Below are positions 19,330 through 28,507 of a stretch of 64,000 bases of DNA, piece after piece (the stretch's first letter is position 1; every line of letters starts with the position of its first letter). The DNA is from Candidatus Dormiibacterota bacterium. GTDB taxonomy: Bacteria; Chloroflexota; Dormibacteria; Aeolococcales; Aeolococcaceae. The notes below the pieces were generated by a model. It made no database searches, had not been told where the DNA came from, and worked only from the letters and a program-made list of their open reading frames with translations. Location of the stretch: the NCBI GenBank assembly GCA_035995545.1, contig DASYKI010000001.1, positions 902 through 64,901 of the forward strand, in the 5' to 3' direction. The translations under genes and the position numbers were made by a program.

Positions 19330-20612
19330 GCCGCACTCTCCACGTCGATCCCGCCGGTCACGGCGGCGGCAATGAGGGCGGCACGGCGTTCCTTAAGGAG
19401 AGCAATGGTGCGTTCGGTTGATGCGCTGAGGCGATCCAGCTTCGCCGCCGCTGAACCAACATGTTCGATGATTCGGGACTGATCCTCCATCGGCGGCAAC
19501 GGCACCTGAATCGCACGGAAGCCCTCCCAGTACAGGCGAAGTCGGTCCCAAACGATCCCGTGCGAGTGCCTCGCGCACTCTGCACTAAATGCTTGTGTGC
19601 GGAACAACAGACCCGCGTATGCCGAGTTCAACGAGCCAGTCGGCTCTGCAACGACATAGTCGGGGCTCACCAAGCCGTCTGCCGGCGTTACACCCACCGC
19701 ACCCTGCCACATGCGCATCTTGTTGAAAGCAATGTCTCCCCGCTTCGCCACCTTGTAGGTGTTGAAATCGGCCGCCGTGCTCTCGATCCGGTCATCTGAG
19801 AATTCTCGGAGTGCGACGCCGGCGTTGATGGATACCTCAAGCAGCGGGAGATCGGCCTCGCCGCGTTGGTCCCGCTCGCGAAAGAGCCACGCGATTCTTC
19901 GGACCGCCCAATGCGCCGGAATCGCCCCGAGCCACGGGATGCCGGAGTCTCGGAGGGGGGCGTTGGGATCGAGGCCCCGGATGACGGCGCGGGTGATGAG
20001 CGCCCGGCGCTTCTCGGCCAGCAGAACGAGCACCCGCTCCTTCGCCGCCACCAGCGCGTCCAGCCGCGCCGTCTCGAGGTCGAGGTAGTCGGCGATGGCG
20101 CGCTGCATGTGAAACGGCGGCACCGGCAAAGTCGCCGCGCCAATGTCGGCCTTCGGTATTCCGAAGCGTGTGACACCGTTTGCTGCAAGCTCCAACTGGA
20201 CCCGCACAGGCTTCGCCTGAAGGCATCGGAATAGGAACGCCCCGTACACTCGGTCCGTGCGCGGCCGCAGCAACGCAAGGTGATAGCCGCAGACCAAGTC
20301 GTCGGCTGTCTCCCTCACGAGTGCAGGGACGCCAATATCATCCCAGGCTTCCGAATCCTTCGTGATGAGCACATCGCCGAGTGCAAGTCGGAACTTCTCT
20401 ATCTCAGCCTTTGTCGCCGTCGCCTGCATGAACTCGAGCCCAAGCATGATGAACTCGTGGTTGTAGACGTCAGTGTAGTTGCAGAGTCGGACAGGGACTT
20501 CATCATCGGCAGGGATCTTGTCGACGTTACTCACCACGTAGTCAGCAGTTGCTCGGAGCGGTTTCGCAGACCACCCCTCCGGAAGAGAATTGACCCACGC
20601 AAGGTGCGTCAC
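19326..20612 (-). CDS. hsdS: Type I R-M specificity subunit HsdS (two target-recognition domains)
   Basis: Methylase_S architecture, with conserved central and C-terminal repeats (LPLLKERRAALI..., LAEKRRALITRAV). There is a GTGA overlap with hsdM. Confidence 0.85.
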   Translation of the reverse strand: MTHLAWVNSLPEGWSAKPLRATADYVVSNVDKIPADDEVPVRLCNYTDVYNHEFIMLGLEFMQATATKAEIEKFRLALGDVLITKDSEAWDDIGVPALVRETADDLVCGYHLALLRPRTDRVYGAFLFRCLQAKPVRVQLELAANGVTRFGIPKADIGAATLPVPPFHMQRAIADYLDLETARLDALVAAKERVLVLLAEKRRALITRAVIRGLDPNAPLRDSGIPWLGAIPAHWAVRRIAWLFRERDQRGEADLPLLEVSINAGVALREFSDDRIESTAADFNTYKVAKRGDIAFNKMRMWQGAVGVTPADGLVSPDYVVAEPTGSLNSAYAGLLFRTQAFSAECARHSHGIVWDRLRLYWEGFRAIQVPLPPMEDQSRIIEHVGSAAAKLDRLSASTERTIALLKERRAALIAAAVTGGIDVESAA

Positions 20613-22594
20613 TCCGTCACCTCCCGCAGCAGCCGCATGATCTCGTCCTCCGCCTTCTTCAAGTCCGCGTCGATCTCCTCCAGCGGCCGTGGAGGCGTGT
20701 ACTTGTAGAAGTGGCGGTTGAAGTTGATCTCGTAGCCCACCTTGTCCTTGCTCCGGTCTATCCAGGCGTCGGGAACGTGGGGGCGCACCTCGCGCTCGAA
20801 GTAGGCGTCGATGTCCTCTTCGAGCGGCACCTTCTCGACGTCGCGCAGGTCGGCGTCGGGCTCGTAACCGCGGTCACGCCCTGCCTTGAGTACTGGCTCG
20901 GCTTCGGGATCTCTCTGCGTGAAGACGTCGCGGAACCGCTTCTCTTCGGTAGCCTTCCATCTCGACTTGCGCTCGTGCAGCAGGCTCGTGATGCCTGCCC
21001 AGGCCGCATTCCAGTCGCGCAGGTGTTCGCGGCCCAACGCCCTGTCGATGGCCTGCACGTCATCGAGGAGCTCCGGGAAGGCGTCAAGGAAGCGTGCCTT
21101 GTCGTCGGTCGTCATCCGATAGCTGAGGCGCAGCGGGCGCTCGACGGTGACACGCGTATAGCCAAAGTCGGCGTTGTCGAAGATCTTCGAACGCCCGTCG
21201 TCCTCAAAACGCCCGTAGAGGCGCACGATCTCCCCTATCTGGCTGCTTGCGATATGGCGTCGCTTGTCGCCGAGGCTGCGCTTGCTCTCCTCACTGCCGC
21301 CGGCGGTCCAGAACTCGCGGGCGTCGAGGAGCTGGATCCTGCCCTCGCGCTGCTTCTCCTTGCGATTGGTGAGGATCCAGACGTAGGTGCCGATGCCGGT
21401 GTTGTAGAACATCTGCTCGGGCAGGGCGACGATCGCTTCGAGCCAGTCGTTCTCGATGATCCATCTGCGGATCTCGGTCTCGCCCGAACCGGCGCCGCCG
21501 GTGAACAGCGGCGAGCCCGAGAAGACGATGGCCAGGCGCGAGCCATGCTTGCGCTCAGCCGGCTGCACCGGCTCAAACTTGTCGATCATGTGCTGCAGGA
21601 AGAGGAGTGAGCCGTCGTTGACGCGCGGTAGCCCGGCGCCGAAGCGGCCTTCGAAGCCCCGCTTGTTGTGCTCGCGGTGGATATCCCTCTGTTGTCTCTT
21701 CCAGTCCACCCCGAAGGGCGGATTGGTCAGGAAGTAGTCGTAGGTCTCGCCTTGGAACTGATCGTCCGTGAAGCTGTCGCCGAAGCGAATGTTGTCGTTG
21801 CCACCGTTGTGATCCACCTGCTTCATCAGCATGTCCGAGGCCGCGGTGGCGAAAGCGCGCTTGTTGTAATCCTGCCCGTAGACGTAGAGCTTCGCCTCAC
21901 CGTGATGGTCCCGCAGGTAGTTCTGGGCCTCGGCCAGCATGCCACCGGTGCCGCAGGCGGGGTCGAGGAGCTTGCGGACAGTGCCCGGGGTGGCGAGCAA
22001 CTTGTCGTCCTGGATGAAGAGGATGCTGACCATCAGCCGGATGACCTCGCGCGGCGTGAAGTGATCTCCCGCGGTCTCGTTGGCCAGCTCGTTGAAACGG
22101 CGGATGAGGTTCTCGAAGATGAGGCCCATCTGCTCGTTGGGCACTCGGTCGGGGTGCAGATCGACGTCGCAGAACTTGGAGACGACGAGATAGAGGATGT
22201 TGGACTCGCGCATCTTCTCGATCTCGTTCTCGAACTCGAAGAAGTCGAAGATGCGCCGCACGTTGGCCGAGAAGGACTTGGTGTAGGTGACGAGGTGCTG
22301 GGCGATGTCATCGGGATCGCCCTTGAGCTTCTCGAAGTCGAGCTCTGAGTGGTTGTGGAAGCGCTGGCCCGCGGCCCTGTTCAGACGGGCGTCCAGGGCG
22401 TCACCCCGGAACTTGTGCTTCGAGCGCTCGTGCTCGGCCAAGACCTTGGCCTTGGTGGGGGCGAGCACGCAGTCGAAACGCCGCAGCACTGTCATGGGCA
22501 GCATCACGCGCTCGTACTGCGGCGGGCGGTAGGGCCCACGCAGTAGGTCAGCGATCTGCCAGATGAGGTTGGTGAAGTAGTTGTGGTCAGGCAT
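20609..22594 (-). CDS. hsdM: Type I R-M N6-adenine DNA methyltransferase HsdM
   Basis: The HsdM_N signature MPDHNYFTNLIWQIADLLRGPYRPPQYERVMLPMTVLRRFDCVL, motif I LDPACGTGGML and motif IV NPPFGVDW. The start is the ATG at 22594; 166 upstream codons of ORF 20609..23092 were rejected. Confidence 0.9.
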   Translation of the reverse strand: MPDHNYFTNLIWQIADLLRGPYRPPQYERVMLPMTVLRRFDCVLAPTKAKVLAEHERSKHKFRGDALDARLNRAAGQRFHNHSELDFEKLKGDPDDIAQHLVTYTKSFSANVRRIFDFFEFENEIEKMRESNILYLVVSKFCDVDLHPDRVPNEQMGLIFENLIRRFNELANETAGDHFTPREVIRLMVSILFIQDDKLLATPGTVRKLLDPACGTGGMLAEAQNYLRDHHGEAKLYVYGQDYNKRAFATAASDMLMKQVDHNGGNDNIRFGDSFTDDQFQGETYDYFLTNPPFGVDWKRQQRDIHREHNKRGFEGRFGAGLPRVNDGSLLFLQHMIDKFEPVQPAERKHGSRLAIVFSGSPLFTGGAGSGETEIRRWIIENDWLEAIVALPEQMFYNTGIGTYVWILTNRKEKQREGRIQLLDAREFWTAGGSEESKRSLGDKRRHIASSQIGEIVRLYGRFEDDGRSKIFDNADFGYTRVTVERPLRLSYRMTTDDKARFLDAFPELLDDVQAIDRALGREHLRDWNAAWAGITSLLHERKSRWKATEEKRFRDVFTQRDPEAEPVLKAGRDRGYEPDADLRDVEKVPLEEDIDAYFEREVRPHVPDAWIDRSKDKVGYEINFNRHFYKYTPPRPLEEIDADLKKAEDEIMRLLREVTE

Positions 22595-22786
22595 CGCGCC
22601 AGTGGGCCTCAGCGAAGGAGTCAGTTGGCGGACCATTCTGCTGTACCCAGGACAGGACGGGAACCGCGGGTTGCCGCGGGCCATGCTGATGAGGCGCGCC
22701 TGGAAGCTCGGGGCTGAGCCCCCACGCTCGACTTGCCTCGCCCTATGCAGTGGCTGGACGACGTAGGTTAGTCCAACTAGACTACC

Positions 22787-23032
22787 TTGATCATGACCCA
22801 GGTCAACATCCACGATGCCAAGACGCACCTGTCCCGCCTGCTCGAACGGGTTGAGGCCGGGGAGGAAGTCGTCATCAGCCGCGCCGGGCGACCGATCGCG
22901 CGGCTGGTGGCCTATCACGCGCTCGTGGAGCCGCGTCGCCCCGGGGCCTGGAAGGGTCGTGTCCGCGTCGCACCGGACTTCGACGACCTTCCGACCGAGA
23001 TCGAGCGTGCTTTTCGCGGCGACGACGCATGA
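22787..23032 (+). CDS. Phd/YefM-family antitoxin
   Basis: MIMTQVNIHDAKTHLSRLLERVEAGEEVVISRAGRPIARLV is typical of Phd/YefM. There is an AT-rich promoter directly upstream. Confidence 0.8.
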   Translation: MIMTQVNIHDAKTHLSRLLERVEAGEEVVISRAGRPIARLVAYHALVEPRRPGAWKGRVRVAPDFDDLPTEIERAFRGDDA

Positions 23033-23406
23033 CGCTGCTGCTCGACACGCATGCGCTCCTATGGTGGTTGACCGACGATCAAACGCTGACAAGCTCGGCG
23101 CGGAAGGCCATCGAGGATCCCAGGTCGACCGTCTACGTCAGCGCCGTCACCGCGTGGGAGATCGGCATCAAACGGGCTATCGGCAAACTCGTTGCGCCCG
23201 ACGACCTCGAAGACCAACTGAGAGATGGCGGCCTGACGGAAGTGCCAGTGACGGTCGCAGATGCCATCGCCGCTGCGACGCTTCCACGGCATCACGACGT
23301 TCCTTTCGACAGGATGCTGGTCGCGCAGGCGCAGCGTCGCGGATTGACAGTGGTGACCCGCGATCGCTGGATCGGTCAATACGACGTGCCAGTCCTCGCC
23401 GCATAG
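23029..23406 (+). CDS. vapC: PIN-domain toxin (VapC family)
   Basis: LLDTHALLWWLTDD...YVSAVTAWEIGIKRAIGKL...TRD is a PIN fold. There is a 4-nt overlap with phd. Confidence 0.85.
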   Translation: MTLLLDTHALLWWLTDDQTLTSSARKAIEDPRSTVYVSAVTAWEIGIKRAIGKLVAPDDLEDQLRDGGLTEVPVTVADAIAAATLPRHHDVPFDRMLVAQAQRRGLTVVTRDRWIGQYDVPVLAA

Positions 23407-24192
23407 TTCCACTCTCCTTGCCGTAGGAGTTCGGCTACGGGGTTCGGCGGGCAGAGAGTGTGTGCGGTTCTACCACCTCGTGGCCGCCCGCGGACTCCAA
23501 GACTGCGGACATCGGTGACCCCTCGGGCTCCCAACCAGGACGGAGTGGAGCAAGGTGACCGAACGGGAGCTGCCCGGGGGCGCGGCCCGGCGTCTAGCGA
23601 GGGGCTGAGGAGGTACGAGGAGCTCGGGCTTGAGGGGCTACGAAATCGTTGCTGTAGCCCTCTCAACGGCCCGAAGGCGCTCAGCAAAGGGTGGTGGGGA
23701 AGATCATGTGCCTGCGTCAGACCGCTTTCGGGCCGCACGGTGAGCAGGAAGCCACCGACGATGTCCATCTGCCACAGCTCCATCGGGCCGCCCGCTCCCA
23801 TCGCTTCCACGTCTCGCGTCGACGCTGCCGCGTGACCGGTTGAACCACCCGCGCTCGAACCAGAGACCGGTACACCGCCGAATCCGACGGCGCCGGGTCG
23901 ACCCCCTTATTGGTCAGCTCGAAGGCCAGGCGCCGCGCCCAGTACGGCTTCCACCGGCGGAGCTCGAGCACCATCGCCTCGAGCTCCGGCGACCTCCGAT
24001 GCGGGCAGGCCACCGGCCGGTAAGACCGGTCGCCCAGCGCCTCCAGACCGCCCGCCTCATACCGCGCCAGCCACACGTGCACCGTCTGCCGGCTCACCCC
24101 CATTCGGCCGCCACCTCGGTGACCGTCTTCCCGTCACCCGTGACGGCGAGGACTGCCTTGTATCGCTGTTCGGCCACGCTCAGTTCCCTCAT
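23376..24192 (-). mobile_element. IS481-family transposase remnant (N-terminal HTH part, frameshifted and truncated)
   Basis: The protein starts MRELSVAEQRYKAVLAVTGDGKTVTEVAAEWGVSRQTVHVWLARYEAGGLEALGDRSYRP. After a frame change it reads ...PNELWQMDIVGG. Neither an intact DDE catalytic core nor inverted repeats could be identified. Its 3' part is overlapped by the phd-vapC module. Confidence 0.55.
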
Positions 24193-24256
24193 GTGAGGGA
24201 GTGTCAAGCGTCAACCGAAGTTGACGTAAAGCCTCAGCCGAAATAGCACACGTGAA

Positions 24257-24333
24257 TGGCTGGGGAGAGAGGATTCGAACCTCTGATTGGCTGATCCAGA
24301 GTCAGCTGCCTTACCACTTGGCCACTCCCCAGC
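24257..24333 (-). tRNA. tRNA-Gln (anticodon CTG), CCA encoded
   Basis: The reverse complement folds as a cloverleaf. The acceptor stem is GCUGGGG/CCCCAGC. The anticodon stem-loop is GCUGA-CUCUGGA-UCAGC with anticodon CUG. The T-arm is AGAGG-UUCGAAU-CCUCU. Confidence 0.85.
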
Positions 24334-24434
24334 GGCGAGCCGAGAGTCTACCCGAGGAGGGCGGAGGGGTCCCACCCGAGGGGGGCGCGCGACGAGGTTT
24401 GGCGAGCGCGGCGCGGGCCTATACTGGCGAAGTG

Positions 24435-24785
24435 ATGGATCTCCTCGAGCTCCTCCGATCCCAGGCCAGGCGGTATCGCTGTGCGGCGTGCGGCAAGAGC
24501 ATGGCCGGCTGCGACATCAACATCCTGGCCCAGCAGGGGAACCGCGCCCTGGTGCGGGTCACCTGCACCTCCTGCAACGACGAGAACCTGCTCCAGATCG
24601 TCTTCCAAGGCGACGGTGAGGGCGAGGCGGCCGTTCCGGCGGCCCAGCCGAGGCGGCGCAAGCCGACCATCGACGAGGGCCGGCCCGCGGTGAGCGAGCC
24701 GATCGGCTCGGATGAACTGCTCGACCTGCACAGCATGCTGCAGGACTTCTCGGGCGACTTCCGCGAGATCGTCGGCAAGGTCTAG
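24435..24785 (+). CDS. hypothetical zinc-ribbon protein (CxxC...CxxC)
   Basis: The protein starts MDLLELLRSQARRYRCAACGKSMAGCDINILAQQGNRALVRVTCTSCNDENL. Confidence 0.5.
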   Translation: MDLLELLRSQARRYRCAACGKSMAGCDINILAQQGNRALVRVTCTSCNDENLLQIVFQGDGEGEAAVPAAQPRRRKPTIDEGRPAVSEPIGSDELLDLHSMLQDFSGDFREIVGKV

Positions 24786-24826
24786 CGACCCCAGGGGCAG
24801 GCGTCAGGCGTCTAGCCCGTGTGCGC

Positions 24827-27115
24827 CTAGGCCGTCGGTGCCGCCGTGGGCGCCGCCGAGGCCGAGGGGCTCGGGCTCGGCTTCCCCGATGTGGGGCTTG
24901 GCGTGGGTGACGAGAGCGGCAGCGTCGGCGTGCTCTTCGGCGTCGGCGGCAGGCTGAAGGACGGAGCCTCGCTCGCCGTGGGCAAGGGGGTCGGCGACGG
25001 GGAGGGCGTGGGCGTCGGCGACGGAGCCGGGGTCGGGCATCCCTCGGTCACCGAGCTCGGCACCGCCGACCCGGTCGAGCTGCAGTCGCTCAGCGCCCCG
25101 CTCACCACCGGGAACTCGCGCCCGCCGGCCGGCAGGGAGTTGACGAAGCGCATCGAGATGTTCTTGCCCACGGCGGTGCCGAAGACCCCGTTCATCCCCA
25201 CCTGGTGGCCGTCGGCCGTGGTGTGGGCCGCCCACGAGGCGACCACGAAGTCGGGGCTGTAGGCCATGTACCACGCATCGACGAAGTTCTCGGTGGTGCC
25301 CGACTTGGCGGCGATGGGACGGTTGTAGTTGATCCCCCAGTGCGAGGAGTAGGCGCGCAGGATCTTGGTGATCGCGTACGCCTGCGGCTGGGTCATCACC
25401 TGGATGCCCGGCGCCGGCGCGGCGGTGTCGTTGACCAGCACGTTGCCCTTGCCGTCGACCACCTTGAGAATGGTCCGGGGGGTGACCTTGCGCCCGTAGT
25501 TCGAGAAGGCGGCGTATGCCGCGGCGTGGTCGATCATGCGCACCGACGAGCTGCCGATCGCGGTGCTGGCGTCCGCGGTCAATGGCGTGGTGATGCCCAG
25601 CGAGTGCGCGAAGTCGATGACGTTGGGAATCCCCGCCATGACCATCGCCTGCTCGGCGGGAATGTTGCGCGACTCCAGCAGGGCCTTGGCCGCGGTGATG
25701 CGGCCCTGGTAGGCGAGATCGTAGTCCTTGACGTTGTTGAGCTTCGCCGATTCCTGCTGCGTGTCGTCGAGCACCGTGCTCGGCTTCAGCTTGCCGTTGA
25801 TGAAGCCCGTCTCGTACACGTACGGCTTGAACGACGAGCCCGGCTGCCGCTGGCCGTTGACGGCGACGTTGAACTGCCCGCCGATCGACTCATTGGCGAA
25901 GTCCACCGACCCCACCATGGCGGTGATGTCGCCCGTGTGTGAGTCGAGCATCAGCAGCGCACCGTTGTTGGCACCGTTGCCGATCGCGGCCACGCCCTGC
26001 TTCACCGCATCGTTGGCCTTGGCCTGCACTGTGAGATCGAGCGTCGTGGTCACGACGAGGGCCCCGGCGGTCACGTTGGGATCGTCGGCGAAGCGCTGCT
26101 GCAGCTGGTCGCGCACGTACTGCACGAAGTGCGGCGCGATGCCGAGCGCGGCGATGGTCTTGCCATGCTGCAGGTCGTCCTTGAGTGCCTGCTGGTTGGC
26201 CTGCTGCTTGGCGACCTGGTCGGGCGACGGGTTGCTGCCGCCAGCTTCGGGGTCGACCGCGTCGGCCTCCTGCTGGGTGATCTTGCCCATCGTCACCAGC
26301 CCACTCAGCACGTAGTGCTGCCGCGCGAACGCGGAGGTGGGGTTCTGCAAGGGGTCGTAGGTCGACGGCGCCTGCGGGAGACCGGCGAGCAGTGACGCCT
26401 CGGCGAGATTCAGATCCTTGGCGTCCTTGCCGAAGTAGCGCTGCGACGCGTTCTGGATGCCGTAGGCACCCTCACCGTAGTAGATGAGGTTCAGGTACTT
26501 GCTGAGGATTTCCTGCTTGCTGTACTTGGAGTCGATCTGGTTGGCGATCATCGCTTCGCGCAGCTTGCGCAGCGGCGACTTGTCCGCGTTGCTGCCGAAG
26601 AAGGCCAATTTCGCGAGCTGCTGGGTGATCGTGCTCGCACCCTGCTGGGGACGCCGCGCGATGACGTCGACGAACAGCGCCTTGGCGACGCGCGGCAGGT
26701 CGAACGCGCCCTCGCTGTAGTAGTTGCGGTCCTCAGCCGCGAGCGTCGCGTCCTGGAGGATCGGCGCCACCTTGTCGAGCGGCACCGCGGTGCGGCTCTG
26801 CGCGTCGTTGCCCACCGAGGTGATCATCTTGCCGTTGCGGTCGAGGATCTTGATGGTGCCGGTGGCCTTGCCGAGCTGGTTGAGGTCGGGCAGCGTCGTC
26901 GCCGCGTAGGCGACCATGCCGGCGAGCAGCAGCGCGACCACGCCGACGCCGAGCATGCCGATGCGGAGGGCCATGCGCCAGCGCGGCGACATCTCGCGCC
27001 ACCAGCGCGGGCCCTGCGGCAGAAAGCGGCGGCGCGACTTGGCGCCCGCGCCGGCAGCTGCCGACGCGGCAGCTCCTGTGGACCGTGCGGTCCCGGAACG
27101 ACGGCGACGGTTCAC
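24827..27115 (-). CDS. class A penicillin-binding protein (PBP1A; transglycosylase + transpeptidase) with Pro/Ser/Thr-rich C-terminal tail
   Basis: The GT51 motifs EDRNYY and GASTITQQLAK, the transpeptidase SxxK/SxN-like body, and a tail APTPAPSPTPTPSPSPTPLPT. The exact start is uncertain (a transmembrane anchor at MALRIGMLGVGVVALLLAG). Confidence 0.9.
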   Translation of the reverse strand: MNRRRRSGTARSTGAAASAAAGAGAKSRRRFLPQGPRWWREMSPRWRMALRIGMLGVGVVALLLAGMVAYAATTLPDLNQLGKATGTIKILDRNGKMITSVGNDAQSRTAVPLDKVAPILQDATLAAEDRNYYSEGAFDLPRVAKALFVDVIARRPQQGASTITQQLAKLAFFGSNADKSPLRKLREAMIANQIDSKYSKQEILSKYLNLIYYGEGAYGIQNASQRYFGKDAKDLNLAEASLLAGLPQAPSTYDPLQNPTSAFARQHYVLSGLVTMGKITQQEADAVDPEAGGSNPSPDQVAKQQANQQALKDDLQHGKTIAALGIAPHFVQYVRDQLQQRFADDPNVTAGALVVTTTLDLTVQAKANDAVKQGVAAIGNGANNGALLMLDSHTGDITAMVGSVDFANESIGGQFNVAVNGQRQPGSSFKPYVYETGFINGKLKPSTVLDDTQQESAKLNNVKDYDLAYQGRITAAKALLESRNIPAEQAMVMAGIPNVIDFAHSLGITTPLTADASTAIGSSSVRMIDHAAAYAAFSNYGRKVTPRTILKVVDGKGNVLVNDTAAPAPGIQVMTQPQAYAITKILRAYSSHWGINYNRPIAAKSGTTENFVDAWYMAYSPDFVVASWAAHTTADGHQVGMNGVFGTAVGKNISMRFVNSLPAGGREFPVVSGALSDCSSTGSAVPSSVTEGCPTPAPSPTPTPSPSPTPLPTASEAPSFSLPPTPKSTPTLPLSSPTPSPTSGKPSPSPSASAAPTAAPTA

Positions 27116-27231
27116 AACGACGCGGTGGATGTGGGGGGATTCATCTCGTTACTCGTGGGCGGCCACATCGCGGTGACGCGGCCTCGGCAGCACCTGGGGG
27201 AGTGCCGCGGTCAGACGGGAAACGTACCGGG

Positions 27232-27705
27232 TCAGTACCCGGTTTCGGCCTTCTCCGAAGCCGACTGGGCCTGTCGAGCGTAGCGCCTTGCCAGCATCGA
27301 GGCGCCTGCCGCAGCTCCGGCGGTGGCGGCACGCACCGCCAATTTCTGCCACAGCGGCTCGTCGCCGTCGGCGTCCTTGGCCTTGCCCTTGCGCTTGCCA
27401 CGCAGCTCGGCGCGCAGCTCCTCGACCTGCCGCGCCAGCTCGTCGACACTCGGCTTGTGCGGCTTCTCGGCAGCCGCCGACTTGCCCGAATCCCTGCCCC
27501 CGAACTTGGCTCGCAACACCACCGCGGTGACCCCGACGATCACCACCGCGCCGGCGATGGCGACGATCTGGGGACCGTCACGGCGCAGCCGCGCCTTCCA
27601 ATCCAGCTCCGCGCGGATGCGGCGCTCCAGCTTGTCGATGTCCGCGGCGAGGGCGACGCGGGTCAGCTCGACTTCGTGTCTCGCTTCGTCAATTGCTTGA
27701 CCCAC
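27232..27705 (-). CDS. DUF3618-like membrane protein
   Basis: A GTG start 6 nt after a strong SD (AAGGAGGA) yields VGQAIDEARHEVELTRVALAADIDKLERRIRAELDWKARLRRDGPQIVAIAGAVVIVGV. Confidence 0.55.
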   Translation of the reverse strand: MGQAIDEARHEVELTRVALAADIDKLERRIRAELDWKARLRRDGPQIVAIAGAVVIVGVTAVVLRAKFGGRDSGKSAAAEKPHKPSVDELARQVEELRAELRGKRKGKAKDADGDEPLWQKLAVRAATAGAAAGASMLARRYARQAQSASEKAETGY

Positions 27706-28082
27706 GCAACGTCCTCCTTGAGCGTGTTGACGGTCTGCTTCTGGGCTTGCACGGCGGCGCGGATGCGCAGTGCGGCGAGGCCGCCGAGCAGCAGGGCGAC
27801 GAGGAGAAACCCTGCTCCCGCAAGGGCCCACGACCACCACACGTCACCGAAGTGCTTGGGTAGCGCGGCGAAGGCGAGCACGGTGCCGATGAGCAGCAGC
27901 GGCAGCGCCAGCGTGATCAGCACCACCGCCACGATGCCGCGCTTCAGCGTCTCCTTGAGGCCGACCTTGGCGAGCTCGATCTCCATGCGCACCAGGCGCG
28001 CCGCGTCGTCGGCGATCTGCCGGCCGATGTCGGCGAGCGATTCCTCGTCGCGGTGCGGACGTTGGGGCTGCGCGGCTGCCAT
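27663..28082 (-). CDS. phage-holin-family (Holin-X-like) membrane protein
   Basis: Two transmembrane helices with a charged N-terminus; this is the typical actinobacterial DUF3618 / holin-X gene neighbourhood. Confidence 0.6.
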   Translation of the reverse strand: MAAAQPQRPHRDEESLADIGRQIADDAARLVRMEIELAKVGLKETLKRGIVAVVLITLALPLLLIGTVLAFAALPKHFGDVWWSWALAGAGFLLVALLLGGLAALRIRAAVQAQKQTVNTLKEDVAWVKQLTKRDTKSS

Positions 28083-28099
28083 GCGTGTCCCCCGGTCTC

Positions 28100-28507
28100 T
28101 CAGACGTCGAGCTGCGAGACGTCGATGTCGCGCAGGTTGGCGGGCGCCTCGACGCCGGCCTGCTGCAACAGCTTGAGCAGCTGCAGCACGTAGCGCACGC
28201 CGTTGAGGTTGACCCCATGGTTGCGCGTGAGGTTCTGGATCGTCTGCAGCTTGTGGATGTCGCGCTGCGAGAAACGGCGCCGGTTGGTCGAGGTGCGCTG
28301 CGGCACGACCAGCCCCATGTTCTCGTACATCATCAGCGTGCGAGGATGCGTCTCCAGGATCTCGGAGGCGACGCTGATGGTGTAGATCGGCTTGTCGAGC
28401 GAGAGGTTCAGCTCCCGCGGCTGGCGGTCATTCCGATCCTGTCGCTCGGCGCGGCGTGCGGGCTCCTCCCCGTCACCCTGGCCGCGTCCTCCTACTCTTT
28501 CAGCCAC
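28100..28507 (-). CDS. MerR-family HspR-like transcriptional regulator (paralogue 1)
   Basis: LDKPIYTISVASEILETHPRTLMMYENMGLVVPQRTSTNRRRFSQRDIHKLQTIQNLTRNHGVNLNGVRYV matches the HspR HTH. Confidence 0.75.
   Translation of the reverse strand: MAERVGGRGQGDGEEPARRAERQDRNDRQPRELNLSLDKPIYTISVASEILETHPRTLMMYENMGLVVPQRTSTNRRRFSQRDIHKLQTIQNLTRNHGVNLNGVRYVLQLLKLLQQAGVEAPANLRDIDVSQLDV

Noticed and set aside
22595-23092. A 166-codon N-terminal extension of the hsdM ORF (start at 23092).
   Set aside because: The extension overlaps the divergent phd promoter and the phd gene. It lacks HsdM_N similarity, which begins exactly at MPDHNYFTNLIWQIADLLRG (ATG at 22594).
23376-24192. A functional IS element or integrase at the tRNA-proximal end of the island.
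   Set aside because: The IS481-like ORF is frameshifted after about 125 codons and truncated, and no DDE core or inverted repeats are identifiable. It is called a remnant, not an active mobile element. No tyrosine or serine recombinase is present anywhere in the island.
24846-25262. A separate small ORF on the + strand at the 3' end of the PBP gene, plus a proline-rich repeat region.
   Set aside because: It is antisense to the Pro/Ser/Thr-rich C-terminal tail of PBP1A (PSPTPTPSPSPTPLPT), which belongs to the PBP gene and is not an independent feature.
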